A DNA stretch of 64,000 nucleotides, taken from Eledone cirrhosa. Taxonomy: Eukaryota. The translations under genes and the position numbers were made by a program. Location: positions 32,240,001 to 32,304,000 of the forward strand of contig OZ024757.1 in the NCBI GenBank assembly GCA_964016885.1. The letters are read 5' to 3'. Each line of letters begins with the position of its first letter. Positions within the stretch are counted from its first letter, which is position 1. Shown here piece by piece: positions 41,592 through 55,006 of the stretch. The notes under the pieces are model-generated. The model was not told the origin of the DNA, did no database searches, and saw nothing but the letters and a program-made list of their open reading frames with translations.

Positions 41592-42055
41592 CTAAATGAA
41601 GTTCTACGGAAAAGAGAAAACCAACTATGCGAATACGCATGTGCAGAAACAGTCACTTCCCCAGGGGGAGGTAAACCCACAATAGATCGATGTAGGGATA
41701 TAACTGTGGATGCCCGGGATAAATTATTGATGTTATGCAGAATATTATAGATTGTTGAAGTTAGTCCATCTGCAGCTTTGTAATTATGTAATAGGTGTTT
41801 CCAGACGTGTGGACTACGTGAGAAAAGTTCATTCCTTGAATTTAGGCAATCGCTATTACATAAGCTTCTCAGGATATTGATCCTTTCTTCAATACACAGC
41901 CCACAAGATGGATTCCCCCTTGCATATGGCTTGGACGTAGAAATATCTTTCCATTGGATGGAGTAATCTACGCCTGAGTCCTCGAGGGACCATACGTGGC
42001 TCGCGAGTTTTGTGGACGATCGTTTGTCCAGGTATCTAAAGGTCGACTGATGGTT
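41582..42055 (-). mobile_element. Penelope-like retroelement 3' fragment: C-terminal half of a GIY-YIG endonuclease (157 codons, stop-free, no start)
   Basis: NHQSTFRYLDKRSSTKLASHVWSLEDSGVDYSIQWKDISTSKPYARGNPSCGLCIEERINIL...CLNSRNELFSRSPHVWKHLL matches the H..SF......ST.LS.YIW.LK.....I.W.......Y.....C.LC..E...I...LN.R.E.....H pattern. Bounded by (TA)n on both sides. Confidence 0.88.
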
Positions 42056-42307
42056 TATATATATATATATATACTATTTTAAGCGTCGAAACATCTATGA
42101 TTTGTAGTAAACAGCTGATGAAGGGATACTTTTCTTCTCTTGTTTACGTCCCGTTTACCTTCTAACACTTTGTTTCCAGTAACCACACAGCCTGCCTCTT
42201 CACATGTGTGTGTGTGTATATATATAAGAAAATGTTTGACCCCGACGGCAGAGCTCAAAGTACTCTGGTGCATTATGGTCCGTCTGGTTCCTTACCACAC
42301 CCCCTTC

Positions 42308-42346
<39 letters not shown>

Positions 42347-42428
42347 GTTATTCCGGGTTGAATCGGAGGTAACCACAGTAAGTAAGGTACTCAATACATA
42401 GCAGAGTATAACAGTTTTAATATAGATG

Positions 42429-42479
42429 AGATTCTACAGGACTAGAACTGTTTCATTCATTAGAAATCATCAGGAATCT
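42429..42479 (-). ncRNA. Type I hammerhead ribozyme motif with intact core (family B element, about 42346-42490)
   Basis: AGATTC-CTGATGA-T-TTC-TAAT-GAA-T-GAAA-CAG-TTCTAGTC-CTG-TA^GAATCT: 6-bp stem I, 3-bp stem II, 4-bp stem III, GUA triplet. Confidence 0.82.
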
Positions 42480-42607
42480 GGGTATCAAAAAATAAATATG
42501 GTATTTATAGGTCTCTACAAGTGGTAGGAGAGGGTGGGATGGGTGCAGGTCATTGGTTGATAGAAAAGGGAATATAAATAAATAAATATATATATATATA
42601 TTTATAT

Positions 42608-42797
42608 ATGAACAAGTAGTACCCCGACGGCTGAGCTCATGCCGTTTCGACGGCTAATTCTGGACTGAATTAGCCGTCGAAACGGCTTGAGCTCAGCCGT
42701 CGGGGTCCTACTTGTTCCTATTACCCACTCTACTACCCTAAGTATTGAGTACTTTGGTGCGTTATGGTCCATCTGGTTCCTTACCACATTCCTTCGT

Positions 42798-42798
<1 letters not shown>
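42608..42798 (+). mobile_element. Fold-back element family A (subfamily A2)
   Basis: Hairpin around CGGCTAATTCTGGACTGAATTAGCCG plus tail, between TA runs. Other A2 copies at 46725-46895 (-), 47077-47247 (+), 55860-56055 (-) and 58130-58325 (-). A deleted copy lies at about 42225-42310. Confidence 0.9.
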
Positions 42799-42833
<35 letters not shown>

Positions 42834-42953
42834 ACCGTATGTAGTTGACGGACAAGAGAAAAGAGTACTTAATACCGAAGTAGAGTTTAAATTTTCATTT
42901 ATTATGGCTAAATAATGAGTCTTGTTACTCTGAAGTTTTATGTATCTAATATA

Positions 42954-43008
<55 letters not shown>

Positions 43009-43334
43009 ATATTTTGCATGTGCGTCTGTGAGGGAATGTCTGTAAGTTACATTGCTGCATAAATTATAAATTTTAAATCGCAGTAAGTTAACTATACACC
43101 CAACACACCCACTCTTACTAAATAGCTCCACGCATCCGTCCCACCTCATCCTCCATCCCGTCTAATCTTCACGTCTTTCATTCTTCGCCTTCTTCTAATC
43201 CTCACCACCGTTCTTTGAATTAAACTGCTCTGTACACTCCTTCTTTTACTTCCACCACCTCGCCAATTTCCCCCACCCCTTATTCATCCTCCTTCCTCAT
43301 CAACATTCGCACCTACTACTACTACTACTATTAT

Positions 43335-43381
<47 letters not shown>

Positions 43382-43704
43382 AAACAACTATCATAACCAT
43401 TACAATTACCACCACCACCACCACCATCACAAACATCCGCATCACCCCTAACACCTTATCAACCTACCAACATCACCAATACCACCACAAACACCACCAT
43501 CAACCCCTAACACTGCCATCGCCACGAACCACCACCACTACTACAAGCACCAGCACCCTACCAATACCACCACCACTACTACAAGCACCAGCACCCTACC
43601 AATACCACCACCACTACTACAAGCACCAGCACCTTACCAATACCACCACCACAAAGAATACCACAACCCTACCAATATCACGAACACCATCACAAACAAC
43701 ACCA

Positions 43705-43965
43705 TCACCCAACCAACACCACCAATACCCCACACACGACCACCACTACTACCAACGCCACCACAAACACCACCAATACCCCACACACGACCACCACTAC
43801 TACCAACGCCACCACAAACACCACCAATACCCCACACACGACCACCACTACTACCAACGCCACCACAAACACCACCAATACCCCACACACGACCACCACT
43901 ACTACCAACGCTACCACAAACACCACCAATACCCCACACACGACCACCACTACTACGAACACCAC
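43705..43965. repeat. 51-bp minisatellite, about 5 copies
   Basis: CACCAATACCCCACACACGACCACCACTACTACCAACGCCACCACAAACAC repeated; period 43771 to 43822. Confidence 0.9.
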
Positions 43966-44646
43966 CAGCACTCCTAACACGACCACCACCACTACTACCA
44001 ACACCACTATCCCTCCTAACACGACCACCACTACCGCAAACACCACCACAAACACCACCATTATTACCAACACCACCAACACCACCACAAACATCACCAC
44101 CACTCCTAACACGACCACCACCACTACCACCAAAGATAAGACATGAATTAAGAAAAATAGACGATAAAGAGTAAGTGTTGTAAATTTTTTAAAAATATGA
44201 CGTGTGTGTGTTTGTGTGTATGTATATGTGTTTGTGTGAGTGTATCTGTGTGTGTGTGTGAGGGTAGCTGAGTATGTCAGCCAGTGTGTGTGTGTCCCTG
44301 TGTGTGAGTGTGTCAGTGAGTCTGTGTGTGTGTCTGTGTGTGTAGAGTGGGATAGGGTGGCGCTTAATCTTTTTTTTTTTTCATTTTCTTTTCTTTTCAT
44401 ATATTTTTCCATTTGACTGAGTTTTGGGCATTTATTCGGAAACTGGTATTATCTGTACTGAATGTGTGTGTATATATGTACATATATATGTACATATGTA
44501 CACAGACACATACATCTATATATATATAATGTACATACATTCATATATATATATATGAACAAAAACATATACATACAGGGTGTCCCCCAAAAATGTATAC
44601 ACATTCTAATAAATATTGCCTTACAAGTGCATACATTTTTGGGACA

Positions 44647-44689
<43 letters not shown>

Positions 44690-44917
44690 GACAGACCTGT
44701 GTAAACGTATAATCACTTTTGGAATTGAAAATCAAAACAAAAATAAGTCACAAATAAAGAAAAACGAAGGCAACTTGATATCCATATAGAGAAATATATT
44801 GGACGGCTTTTAGTCAAGGTATGTATACATAAATATGGTGTGTGTGTGTGTGTGTGTGTGTGTACGCACACATATAATATGTATAGTGCAATAAATATAT
44901 GTACTAAGTATATATAT

Positions 44918-45100
44918 TTGTTTCTACTTTAGGCACAAGGCCAGCAAATTTCCCAGTACATTACTGGTACTTTATTTTATCGACCTCGTAAGGATGAGGG
45001 GCAAAGTTAACCTCGGCGGGATTTGAACTCAGACTGTAAAGTAACTATGCTAGAAAGCATGGCGTCCAACCCTTTACCGATACTGCCAATTCACCGCCCT
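44918..45100 (-). mobile_element. Full-length SINE family 1 copy
   Basis: Near reverse complement of 32422-32605. Further copies at about 28720-28875, 32890-33080, 40643-40790, 46015-46290 and 52340-52445. Confidence 0.9.
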
Positions 45101-45861
45101 TGTATATATAATATAGCCTAAGTATATATAATATTGAAGTATATATAATATTAAGTATATAATATTAAGTATATATAATATAGCCTAAGTATATATAATA
45201 TTGAACTGTTTTTAGCGTTGGTACTGAAGAAATAAAGGCTAAAGCTAATGGTAGCCACTTTAAAGAAAAAGCATTTAGCTACAATTATTACGTTTTGCTT
45301 GGCGTGAAACATTGAAAGCTTTTGCTATTTATATATATACTCACACACTCATATATATATATAGAAGGGATATTTAATTTGTTGGAAATCCGACAAATAT
45401 AAATATAAATGTTTATAACTGATTTAGAACACTCAACAGTTCTTCCTGGAGTAAATATTCAATGATATTAATTAAATGGAAACTATATTTATAAAACCAT
45501 ATTTATTTTATTATATATATTTCAAGGGTACCAAAACACTTTGGTACGCTTTCTTCAGATAAAATACAAAGTTTGTTTTATAAATAGAGACATACCCAGG
45601 AAAATCATACCTTATCAGTTGGATATATACATATATATATATATGGTTATATTTGAGGAGAGTCATATTGTTATAATATTGCCAGAAATAATAATAAAAC
45701 ACAGAACTAATATATATATATATAAAACATACATATATATATATATATATAAACATACATATTTACATTATATCTGGAAAATTAATAATGTAAATGTTTT
45801 CATAAACAAAATCTGGCCGTGATAGGATCTATCCTCTCTGCCGTCAGAAAAACGAATAACC

Positions 45862-45905
45862 GATCCCTGATGATGTGGCAAAATTTCACTGAAACTAGTC
45901 AGGTC
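45862..45905 (+). ncRNA. Minimal type I HHR motif
   Basis: GATCC-CTGATGA-T-GTG-GCAAAATTT-CAC-T-GAAA-C-TA-GTC^AGGTC. Stem III is the palindrome ACTAGT. Stem I is imperfect. Confidence 0.6.
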
Positions 45906-46501
45906 AAATTTCATATGAGGGTCTTGTACAAGCCACGGTATTCCTATTTACAATAAAGCGGACTCCATCCTACCCTATTGTTTCCTTGGCCTCTCAAAGA
46001 CTCATCTTCCTTCCTTAACGTTCTCGGTTCAAATTCCGGCAAGCCCAACTTCGCCTCCCCTTCCTCCCAGAGTCAATAAAGGAATGTATCAGTAATGCCC
46101 GGAGGTTAATTTAAGCGATATTGAGCTCTTCCAGAAATTGCTATCGTTCTGCCTAAATTAGAAACAATTATTAATTGTAATTATTAATCCCGCCGAGGTC
46201 AACTTTGTTTTTCATCCTTACGGAGTCGATAAAATAAAATACCAGTAATGTACTGGTATTTGCTGGCCTTGTGCCAAAATTAGAAACAATTATAATTTTA
46301 TCTCTCAAACGTCCTTGGGGAATGGTAAAAAAGTTCCAGTCCAACATTCTTTAGCTTGTGGTCATATTTCCGTTGTAGGTGGGAGTTGGGTATTTAAAGT
46401 TCAACATCATAACAGTTATTTGATATCAACTGAGTGTGTGGTGTACGATAGAGTGGGAGAGAGAGCGTGTGGGTTAATGAATGTAACTTGTAACTTCCTA
46501 A

Positions 46502-46555
<54 letters not shown>

Positions 46556-46657
46556 AATCCCGACCGCGGTGATATTACTTATCTCTATACCCACTCTGCA
46601 TCTCTCCATGCTTTGAGTTATCCATGATTAGAGTTATCAGCTCATCACAGCAGACTA

Positions 46658-46723
<66 letters not shown>

Positions 46724-46891
46724 AAACGAAGGAAATGTGGTAAGGAACCAGGTGGACCATAACGCACCAAAGTACTCAATACTTAGGGTAGTAGAGTGGG
46801 TAATAGGAACAAGAAGGACGGCTAATTCTGGACTGCGTCCAGAATTAGCCGTCGAAACGGCTTGAGCTCAGCCGTCGGGGTCCTAGTCGTT

Positions 46892-46949
<58 letters not shown>

Positions 46950-47498
46950 TAGAGAGAGATAGTCTGCTGTGATGAGCTGATAACTCATATATATATATAT
47001 ATTTATATATATGAGTTATCAGCTCATCACAGCAGACTCTCTCTCTCTCGCTCTCTCTCTCTCTATATATATATATAGGAACGAGTAGGACCCCGACGGC
47101 TGAGCTCAAGCCGTTTCGACGGCTAATTCTGGACTGCGTCCAGAATTAGCCGTCCTACTCGTTCCTATTACCCACTCTACTACCCTAAGTATTGAGTACT
47201 TTGGTGCGTTATGGTCCACCTGGTTCCTTACCACATTTCCTTCGTTATATATATAAATAAATTCATAAGTTTGAAGAACAGTCAGATAAAATATATCCAA
47301 TTTTTCTTCTTAGAAATCAACTAGATAAATAATCATTTAAACGGAGCTAAGTTTAAAATGTAACTTCGAAGAAATAACAGATAAATGACACATACTGTCG
47401 CCCGCGAGGAAGAGCCAGATAACATTTACCTAGTCTTTCTTCTTAGCCCGTAGAAATTAACTAGACAAATAATCAATTAAACGGAGCTAAGTCTAAAA

Positions 47499-47574
<76 letters not shown>

Positions 47575-47577
<3 letters not shown>

Positions 47578-47990
47578 TTATCATCGTCATTGTTTAACGT
47601 CCATCTTCCACGCTTGCATGGGTTTGCACGGGAGTTTTCCCACTTGAGGCAAGATTGGTTGTCCTGCTCGCATAGGACTGTCTGGCGGGTTTTCTACGGC
47701 TGGATGCCCTTCCTAACACCAAACACATATATATATCATTATCATCATCATCGTCATCGTTTAACGTCCATCTTCCACGCTTGCATGGGTTTGCACGGGA
47801 GTTTTCCCACTTGAGGCAAGATTGGTTGTCCTGCTCGCATAGGACTGTCTGGCGGGTTTTCTACGGCTGGATGCCCTTCCTAACACCAACCACCTTTACA
47901 GTGTGGACTGGAAGGTTTTTACCGTGTTACCTACACGGCCACATTACAGCGTGGACTGTGTGTGTTTTTTTTTGTCGTGACACCTACACG
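47575..47990 (-). mobile_element. SINE/LINE-tail fragment, tandemly duplicated (about 47575-47720 and 47735-47890)
   Basis: Two near-identical units of about 150 bp containing TTTTCTACGGCTGGATGCCCTTCCTAAC and a (CAT)n end. Confidence 0.7.
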
Positions 47991-48203
47991 ACCTCATTTG
48001 TTTCGGACTGGGTGTTGTGGTACCAACATATCTTCACATTTATATATATAAATATATATATATATATATAAAATCAAGACCTATCTATTACCTCAAGTAT
48101 CGAGAACTCACTCTGGTGAGTGATGGTCTAACAGGTTTTTTACCGCCTCTATTCTGATATATATATATATATATGTATGCGTGTATACATGGATATATAT
48201 ATG

Positions 48204-48240
<37 letters not shown>

Positions 48241-48580
48241 ATGTATGTATATATATGTGTGTATGTATGTATATATATGTGTGTATGTATATATATATGT
48301 ATATATGTATATATATATATACATACATATATATATCCATGTATAAAAATATGGTAAGTCGAGATATATACAACGTGTGTGCGTGTGTACGCACAATATA
48401 CGTTTATATACCCACACCTACTCTCTAAAAGGGACAACATTATTTATTGGAATAAATCAAAGTGATTCATCTCTCCATACGAAAGATTTCCGTTCACGTG
48501 ACATTGTTAACACATGGAACAAGATCTAGTGTGATCGTTCATTGGACTGAACAAGTCGTTACAATGCCGCCTTGTCTCAA

Positions 48581-48618
<38 letters not shown>

Positions 48619-48909
48619 GGAATGGCCATCCCCTCCTTGCTTCTGATTATTTATAGTCACCTTGCTCACGCAGACACTTCTGCCCATATATATATATATA
48701 TATATATACATACGCACGCATATACATCATATACATGCATACATTCGCGTGTGCGTGTATAGAAGTTTCCATTAATGATTATACAGAGGTAACTATTTAT
48801 ATACCCACGTACACTTCCACCCAAATATATATATATGTATATATATATGTATATGTGTGTGGAGGTGTACGTGGATATATAAATACCTCCCTCTATATAT
48901 ACATTTTTG

Positions 48910-49047
<138 letters not shown>

Positions 49048-49330
49048 GAACTGATATACGTATTTAAACAAGTTAACCATAGATAAATTGCCGGATAGCT
49101 AACTATAGGGCGATATGGACATTGAACAAATAAATATTCAATGACTCACACAAGCACAAACACACAATACACATTAAAGGATACGAGAAACACAAATACA
49201 AACGGTCAAAGTTAAAATACACACACAGATAGAAACATACACCGTCTCTCTCTCTCTCTCTCTCTCGCACACACACATATATATAAAGACATTTTCCCAA
49301 TTCCATCCCACCCGTCCCTTCAATCTTTCT

Positions 49331-49368
49331 TTCTTCTGATGAAGGACTAGCGTCCGAAACATTAAGAC
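49331..49368 (+). ncRNA. Minimal HHR motif, degenerate; sister copy at about 56748-56785 (-)
   Basis: TCTT-CTGATGA-A-GGAC-TAGC-GTCC-GAAACATT-AAGA. The sister copy reads TCTT-CTGATGA-A-GGAC-TAGA-GTCC-GTACGTT-AAGA. A similar core is at 53293-53320 (CTGATGA-A-GGG-CTTATA-CCC-GAAACGTC). Confidence 0.6.
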
Positions 49369-49893
49369 CATCTTTCTGCTATTTCGAGCGTTAACCTAAT
49401 ATATTCCTTCCATATACTCTACCGATTGTGTTGTTATTTCTGTTTACCTTTTACATACACACACACACATCTATATATATTAGGGGAGAAAAAGTATTAA
49501 TTATCGAGATTAACAATTCATTTAATAGCTAAAGATGGAGTCTTGTTACTCTGGAGTTCCATTTGCGCACTTTCGGTCATCAGAAGAGATTCCTGTCTGA
49601 TGATCCTCTGAGCTATTGAAGGAATATATATATATAACAAAGAAAGTGTGGTAAGAAACCAGGTGGACCATAACTCACCGTTCGGATCTAGCTGTCGAAA
49701 CGGCCGGAGCTCAGCCGTCGGGGTCCTGATTCTTGTCCTATATATATGTATATATATATATATATATTTGTAGTAAGGTTGCTTGGATGCGCCCATAGGT
49801 GGTATGCCGGTTGAGCACTCTATGCTCCTTCGGAGCAGAGTATGATAATATGGAAAACGAAGAATCAGTGATGCATCGGGACACACATTTATT

Positions 49894-49986
49894 ACGTATT
49901 ACAAATGTTTCTCCGGCGAACAGCTCGAGGTGCGATCTGTTTGTGGACCGAACCGGACTCTGGATTCGCAAGTTCCTCAGACACGT
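49894..49986 (-). ncRNA. Type I HHR motif with long stem II, inside inverted repeat 49845-50088
   Basis: ACGTGT-CTGAGGA-ACTTGCGAA..(about 45 nt)..TTCGCCGGA-GAAA-C-ATTT-GTA^ATACGT, immediately followed by AATAAA. Confidence 0.7.
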
Positions 49987-50128
49987 CTAGTGATTTCAAA
50001 ACAAATCCTCTGTTCGCCGGAGAAACATTTGTAATACGTAATAAATTTGGGTTCCAATGCATCACTGATTCTACGTTTTCCATATAATATATATATACAT
50101 ATATATATATATATATTATATATATATA

Positions 50129-50215
50129 CAGGGTTGTCAAGTATGAAATGTGTAGAAATTTGTAGAAAAAAACAAATTTCTACAAATTTCATACTTGACG
50201 ACCCAATGTATATAC

Positions 50216-50268
<53 letters not shown>

Positions 50269-50343
50269 TGTCAAGTATGAAATGTGTAGAAATTTGTAGA
50301 AAAAAACAAATTTCTACAAATTTCATACTTGACGACCCAATGT
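50129..50343. mobile_element. Two tandem copies of an about 80-bp palindromic Tc1/mariner-like MITE
   Basis: TIR GGGTTGTCAAGTATGAAAT ... ATTTCATACTTGACGACCC, separated by (TA)n. Confidence 0.75.
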
Positions 50344-50349
50344 ATATAC

Positions 50350-50386
<37 letters not shown>

Positions 50387-51945
50387 CACACACATACGTT
50401 CAAATATGTGCATAGTCGGCTATTCACTCATGCATGCATATATAAATGAATAAAAAACACATTAGTATGGCTGATGAAGTTAATAATGTAGCAAGAGTAA
50501 TAAAAGGATTGATAGAGTTCCCTCCCCAAGGAACTCTGGCCAATCCTGTATCCACATCACATCAAACAAATAAAAATAAAGCAGGTCTTTCAGATTGTTT
50601 GTACATGATCACCGGAAACGGAAACTACCCAACCGAAAGAAGCGACGAGGGGGTGAACCTCTCTAGTCGGTCATAAAGCCTGCTAGAAATATCAACCAAG
50701 ATGTCTTCCCCAACCATCCCCATGCAATCACACCCTGTCTAACGACTTAGAAGAAAGGAATAAAAGGACATATCAGATAACGAGGTCCTGGGTCCATATA
50801 GGAACTCCGGCTACGAAAAAAGGAAAAAATACGGGTTATTCACGGCTGGAATATCATTTCATTAAAGTTCTACTCGATTGTCACTGATTTGGTTTACAAT
50901 AACAACTTCTAGAGCAATAACAGCGTTAACAATGACGATGATTAGAGTGGTAACATTTATAACAACGATGATAACAACAGCAACAATGATGAAAACCATG
51001 ACAGTGAGGACAGCAACAAATCAGCATTGAAAACGACGACAACAACAACAGATATAAAAATAACAAAAACCAGAAGATCAATGTTGGCACCCCCGTTCTC
51101 TCATAGAAGGAAAAGTCTGCGATACTGAAACTCCTGCCTGGATTAGTAACCAATTTTATTACATCACGTCTTGGAGGTTATCTTCTTTGCAAGTCACTAA
51201 CAAGAAATTTCCGCTTCCAAAAATATCTTTTGTGGCAGAAATAGCGAATAAATAAATAATTAAAATAAAAGGAAATAAACTAAAATAAAATAAAGCACAC
51301 AAAAAAATCGAATAAAAAATAAAAATAAATAGAATAAAACAGAAAAATAAAATATACAAATAAAATACAAAAATAAAACAAAAAATAGAAAATAAAGCAA
51401 AGTGGAAAAAGGTAATATAAAAATAGAAATTAAAAATAAAATAGAAATAGATGATAATAAAAGATAAAAATAGAAATAGTGAAAAAAATACATATATAAG
51501 AAATATAAATAAGTATACTAAAATATAAAAATAAAATAGATAAAATAAAATATAAAATAAAGTATATATAAAATATGAAAATAAAATAGGTATATAAAAT
51601 AAAGTATAGAGAATTAAATGAAACAGCACAGCAGCTGTCCACAAATGTAGGCTATAGAAAATCACAAACTAACTAAAAGACATTAACCACATGTTTAGCA
51701 ACTGTGAGTGAATGTTTATTCCCCCATTAGGCATAACGTGATAGCCAGAAAATACCGGAAGAGAATGATACAAACACATACATATACATAGATTCTTCCT
51801 TTGGCACATACATACATAGACATATATATATATATACACACACATATATATACACTCATTTCTTGTGTGTATATATATATATATACATATATATTTACAT
51901 GTATGGATATATATATATATATATCCATACATGTAAATATATATG

Positions 51946-51983
<38 letters not shown>

Positions 51984-52446
51984 ACCTCTGTTTGTTGTCT
52001 CCTTCAACTACATATATATATATACACACAAACACACACACAAACAAACAAACAAACAAACAAAACAAAAAATGGGTTCCACCCCATCCTCTCTATATAA
52101 ATGAACACTTTGAGATTAACGGATTAGGAGAGAATACTGCTGGGGTTTAGAAATATATAAAGAGAAAATAATATTAAACTATTGCATCGTATAAGAATTA
52201 TGGCGGCCATTGATATAGCAAACACACACACATATACGCACACATATACACACATAGTTTATTTTCTTTTCTATACATTATCTCACATTCTATATTTTCA
52301 GTATATTACTGTTATTGTTATTATTATTTAAAGTGATGAATTGGCAGAATTGTTAGCTGTAATTAGTTAAGGCGTTTTTACGTTCTAAGTTCAAATATAG
52401 CCGAGGTCAAGTTTACTTTCATCATTCCGAAGTTGATAAAAGTTAA

Positions 52447-52487
<41 letters not shown>

Positions 52488-52809
52488 CATATGTACATAT
52501 ATATATATATGTACATATATATATATATTTATTTACATATATAGGTATGTACATATATATATATATATATAGGTATATAAATATATATATACATATATAT
52601 ATATATGTGTGTGTGTATGTATACATCTCTCTCTCTCTCTCTGTGTGAAGTAATAATATCCTGATTAATTATTTAATGAGTTATATTTAAAAACACATTC
52701 ATCATTATTTTCTCATCAGTGGTTGATCGTACCCACAAAGTACACCGGTATGTATACATATATATATATACACACACATATATATATTAACACACACAAC
52801 ACACAATAT

Positions 52810-52859
<50 letters not shown>

Positions 52860-53043
52860 TTATGTATATACATACATACATACATACATACATACATGTG
52901 TTAGGAATAATGTACATTTTACTTTACATTCTTCAAAGAACGGAATAGCGAATCCAGAATGTATAAAACAAAAAAAAAACAATTGAAATGTCATAGAGAA
53001 AATAAAATGAAACGTACTTGTTTCAACACACACAGACACACGC

Positions 53044-53089
<46 letters not shown>

Positions 53090-53434
53090 CTCTCCCACAA
53101 AACATTTTCTCTTTCAGTCTCCTATTTTCTGTCCATTTTTTAATTATTTTTCTATTTAATTATTTTTTGATTATTTTATTTTCCTTTTCCTCCCGTTTCT
53201 CTCCCCTCCCCTTTATTTAAAAATATTTTTTTTAATGTCTTTCCACCGCTCCCCAACACACCCTCGGAACTCTCTTCCTACCCACTTTTCTCCTGATGAA
53301 GGGCTTATACCCGAAACGTCGTCCTCCACCCCCACTCTCAAGCGTGAAACTAATAACATTTGTACTGCCTCTGCGCTTCCACGTTTTCTTGTTTTCTGTT
53401 TACTGTCTCAACTTAAAATATATATATTCAAAAT

Positions 53435-53929
53435 TAAATTAAATTAATTTAAGGGTGTCATGTCAGAGAGACGTGCGCCATATCCACTGTAGAATATGCT
53501 CCAAGATTCCAATGAATAGATCCGAGCATTTTATATCAACTAGAAATTGATTGTCATATATATATATCTAAAATAAACATATAAAACAATCACAGGGAAT
53601 AATTTGTAAAAGTGTGTAAGCACACATAGCTATGTTGGTAACTAATTAAAGTTTAACTCGAACTTTAAAGATTAATCCATTTATAAGGTATCTATTTTTA
53701 AAGTTCTAGTTAAACTTTAATTAGTTACCTACATAGCTATGTGTGCTGACACACTTTTACAAATTATTCCCTGTGATTGTTTTATATGTTTATTTTAGAT
53801 ATATATATATGACAATCAATTTCTAGTTGATATAAAATGCTCGGATCTATTCATTGGAATCTTGGAGCATATTCTACAGTGGATATGGCGCACGTCTCTC
53901 TGACATGACACCCTTAAATTAATTTAATT
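53435..53929. repeat. Long inverted repeat with arms of about 233 bp and a spacer of about 27 bp
   Basis: Arms nearly identical, with only a few mismatches seen by eye. Confidence 0.93.
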
Positions 53930-54127
53930 TCAATTTCTAGTTGATATATATATAGGTTATAGATTCCATACATTGGTGGTTTTTCCTTGTTTTATTGATA
54001 GCGCACTGTATCTCTCTCTAGTGTGTTACCTTTTCAACATATTGTATTTTAAAGTGCTCAGGATTTCCTCTCCTTTGAGCACATTATTTATAGGGAACGG
54101 CGAGAGTCTATGGCTCCGTTAATGTAT

Positions 54128-54171
<44 letters not shown>

Positions 54172-54689
54172 AGTTAGAAACTCAAAATAGTCTTTTACAA
54201 TTAAAAATAGCTCAGAGAAGGGCATCTTTCCGAGCCGTTTAATATAATTGGATATATGAGATGGATGAACACAGATATAACTATACATGTGTTCCAATTG
54301 CAAATGACCAAGTTAGCTAGCTTGAAAAATACTAACTTAATACAATATGGTTTACCTGACTCGATTTAACATAATAAATCAATAAAAATAACAAACCTAT
54401 ATCGGGCAAATAGGCTATGATACCCGGATATATATATATAGTATAAAAGAGAAAACACAGGTAAGTATTAAGAGAAGGATTTTATCCAGGTATTTACGAC
54501 CGTTTCATTGGTAAGTGCAACCTTATATTGCCATACTGCAAATAGCAGCCACTCAATTATAATTGTTGCCCACAGCCCAAATTTTCAAAATAGTGAGTAA
54601 GTTACTCTTGAAATCCGTACGTTAAAATCATCCATGAAACTGGCTTTCTTAACCACAAACTGGATCACAATAAGCAATTTTCTGCTTCC

Positions 54690-54756
<67 letters not shown>

Positions 54757-54930
54757 TATCCCGGGTTCAATCGGGGTTAACCACAGTAAGTAAGGTACTC
54801 AATATATACCAGAGAATAATTATTTAATAGAGAAATTTAAACTAGGGTTGCTTCATTCGGAGAAAATCATCAGAGCTTACCTGATGATTTCCTCCGAATG
54901 AAACAGTTCTAGTCATGTAGAAGCCATTTA
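54757..54930 (-). mobile_element. Family B element with fold-back HHR
   Basis: Homologous to 42346-42490. Contains an inverted pair of CTGATGA-T-TT..GAA-T-GAA cores at about 54845-54875 (-) and 54881-54925 (+). Confidence 0.75.
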
Positions 54931-54970
54931 TATATATATATACAGTATATATATACAGTATATATATACA

Positions 54971-55006
<36 letters not shown>

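Noticed and set aside
42082-42130. Type II hammerhead arrangement (GAAA...GTA...CTGATGA)
   Set aside because: Stems I and II do not pair.
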